Shown here: positions 62,571 through 64,000 of the stretch, piece by piece
Layout of the letters: every line of letters begins with the position of its first letter
Position numbering within the stretch: the stretch's first letter is position 1
DNA from: Marsupella aquatica
Lineage: Eukaryota; Plantae; Marchantiophyta
NCBI GenBank assembly: GCA_973895155.1
Contig: OZ316891.1
Span: 12,708,771-12,772,770 of the forward strand
Direction of reading: 5' to 3'
Length of the DNA: 64,000 nt
Translations under genes and position numbers: made by a program
The notes under the pieces: model-generated
Told to the model about the DNA's origin: nothing
The model's database searches: none
What the model saw: the letters and a program-made list of their open reading frames with translations, nothing else

Positions 62571-64000
62571 CTCAAATGGATCTCCGGGCTACATAAGCAA
62601 ACTCACTCACGCGCAATGTTGGTAAAGGGCAGCGGCAAATGTTGAACAAACAGCAGAGACGCCTTCCTGTCACATTGCAGGTAATTCCCAAGGACGCCAT
62701 ATACTGCAGGCGATCAAGGATCAATGGGGAACATGATCGAACAGTCTCGATTTACTTCCGAATATACGGTTCCCAAGAAGTTGTGGAAATTGCTCATCTT
62801 TAGCCCACAAGTCAATATTCAGGCTTCCTAAATCTCTCCAAAGTTTTAGGCCAGGGCACGAGAAGCCTTCCATAAGGTTTTCTCTGAGTCATGTGAAAGT
62901 TATTCCAGAAGAAATTATTTGGAGAAGCTAAATTGTGTTGATTAAGTTTTTTCTGGAAAGTTTTTGGCAAATGGAACGTTGAAATCGGTACTGCAATGAG
63001 TACGTAGTACCACTGTCAAAGTGTGAACGTCTGCAAATTCGTCTGTCACCCAGTCTTGTGTGGCAGCCTCTTGGAGTCATAGTTGGGAATTAATTAAGGT
63101 GACAATGTAAGAGGTAATGATTGCACTGCACTGCACTGCACTTGTTTGTCTACATCAGCGAATCATTGCAATCTTTGGCACTTTGACGATAAGCCATTCA
63201 AGGACAAGACTGGAGTCTTGAGTATGTCGAGGTTACTAATCATTGAAATCTTTGCCATCGTCGATGTGTGCTGTGTGTCTTGATATGTGAAAATCTGCAA
63301 TGTCTGATGAAAGAGCTTTGAAGGATTGAGAAAATCCGAGAGGATTGAACGACCAGCCCGCCATAATCGTAGGCCCTCGAGTAATACAAGCATCTTTTGG
63401 CGAGCTTCGATGGCCTCCTGGGCTTGCAATTTCTGCTTGCTCCACGTGGATGTAGCACACAGAATCACACTTCGTCTGGAAATAGCGTTTACTGAAAGAC
63501 TCTCTCAAGGGGTGTTTTGTCACTCCTGTTTGTCCCAAAGTGCTTTTCAATTCCTGACACCGTTCATGTACACAATACCCTACCTGACCAAAAAGCCCTG
63601 AGATTGAGTAGTTTGGTGTACTTTTATTAATTACAGAGTCAGCCTACAGTTGAATTCTTCTTACGCCCTTTCACGTCAATATAGGAACTTCACACTGCGT
63701 CAGGTGTAGCGTTACCCATGGCCCCAAGGGTATTACTACATGTAGGTAGTTGTGAGATGTAATACCCAAGGGCAGTGAGCTAAAGGGATTACAACCATGG
63801 CCTTTAAGTGTAGGTTTGTTCTATTTTGACACGAAAATTGCACCTGAAATTGGATGACCCTGTAAGCTAATCACAAGAAGCAAAATCTCATTACCCCAGA
63901 CCATCCTAGAAATAGAAAGAGAACTACAGGAGGGCTTTACAGTACGTGAATTTCTTTTGTGCTTGGAGCCCTATATTACACATCCAAGATGGAATGCATG

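Noticed and set aside
63163-63601. ORFs in all three minus frames plus one plus frame
   Set aside because: No motif in any frame; may be the 3' end of a gene outside the window but cannot be supported.

Overview
Nuclear genomic DNA of a land plant; intron style and gene set suggest a bryophyte or other non-seed plant (inference only). Host genes: 3' part of an N-acetylglutamate kinase (+), a 9-exon ARM-repeat protein (-), a 2-exon hydroxyethylthiazole kinase THIM (+), tRNA-Asn(GUU) (-), a ~51-exon callose synthase of the GSL8/GSL10 type (+), and a 4-exon gene fusing two B-box zinc fingers, a SUMO-motif-rich linker and a DUF2786-type domain that I know from bacteria and fungi (+). The latter is the most novel-looking item. 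The 8-36 kb stretch is TE-rich. It holds two full-length but decayed Ty1/copia elements with paired LTRs and 5-bp TSDs: a Bianca-type element with 110-bp TG..TA LTRs and a half-tRNA-Ile PBS, and a Tork/Tnt1-like element with a tRNA-iMet PBS. It also holds MITE/foldback hairpins, tandem repeats and a relic RNase H1 hybrid-binding (Cauli_VI) domain. Exon structures and alignments were read by eye; no database searches were run.
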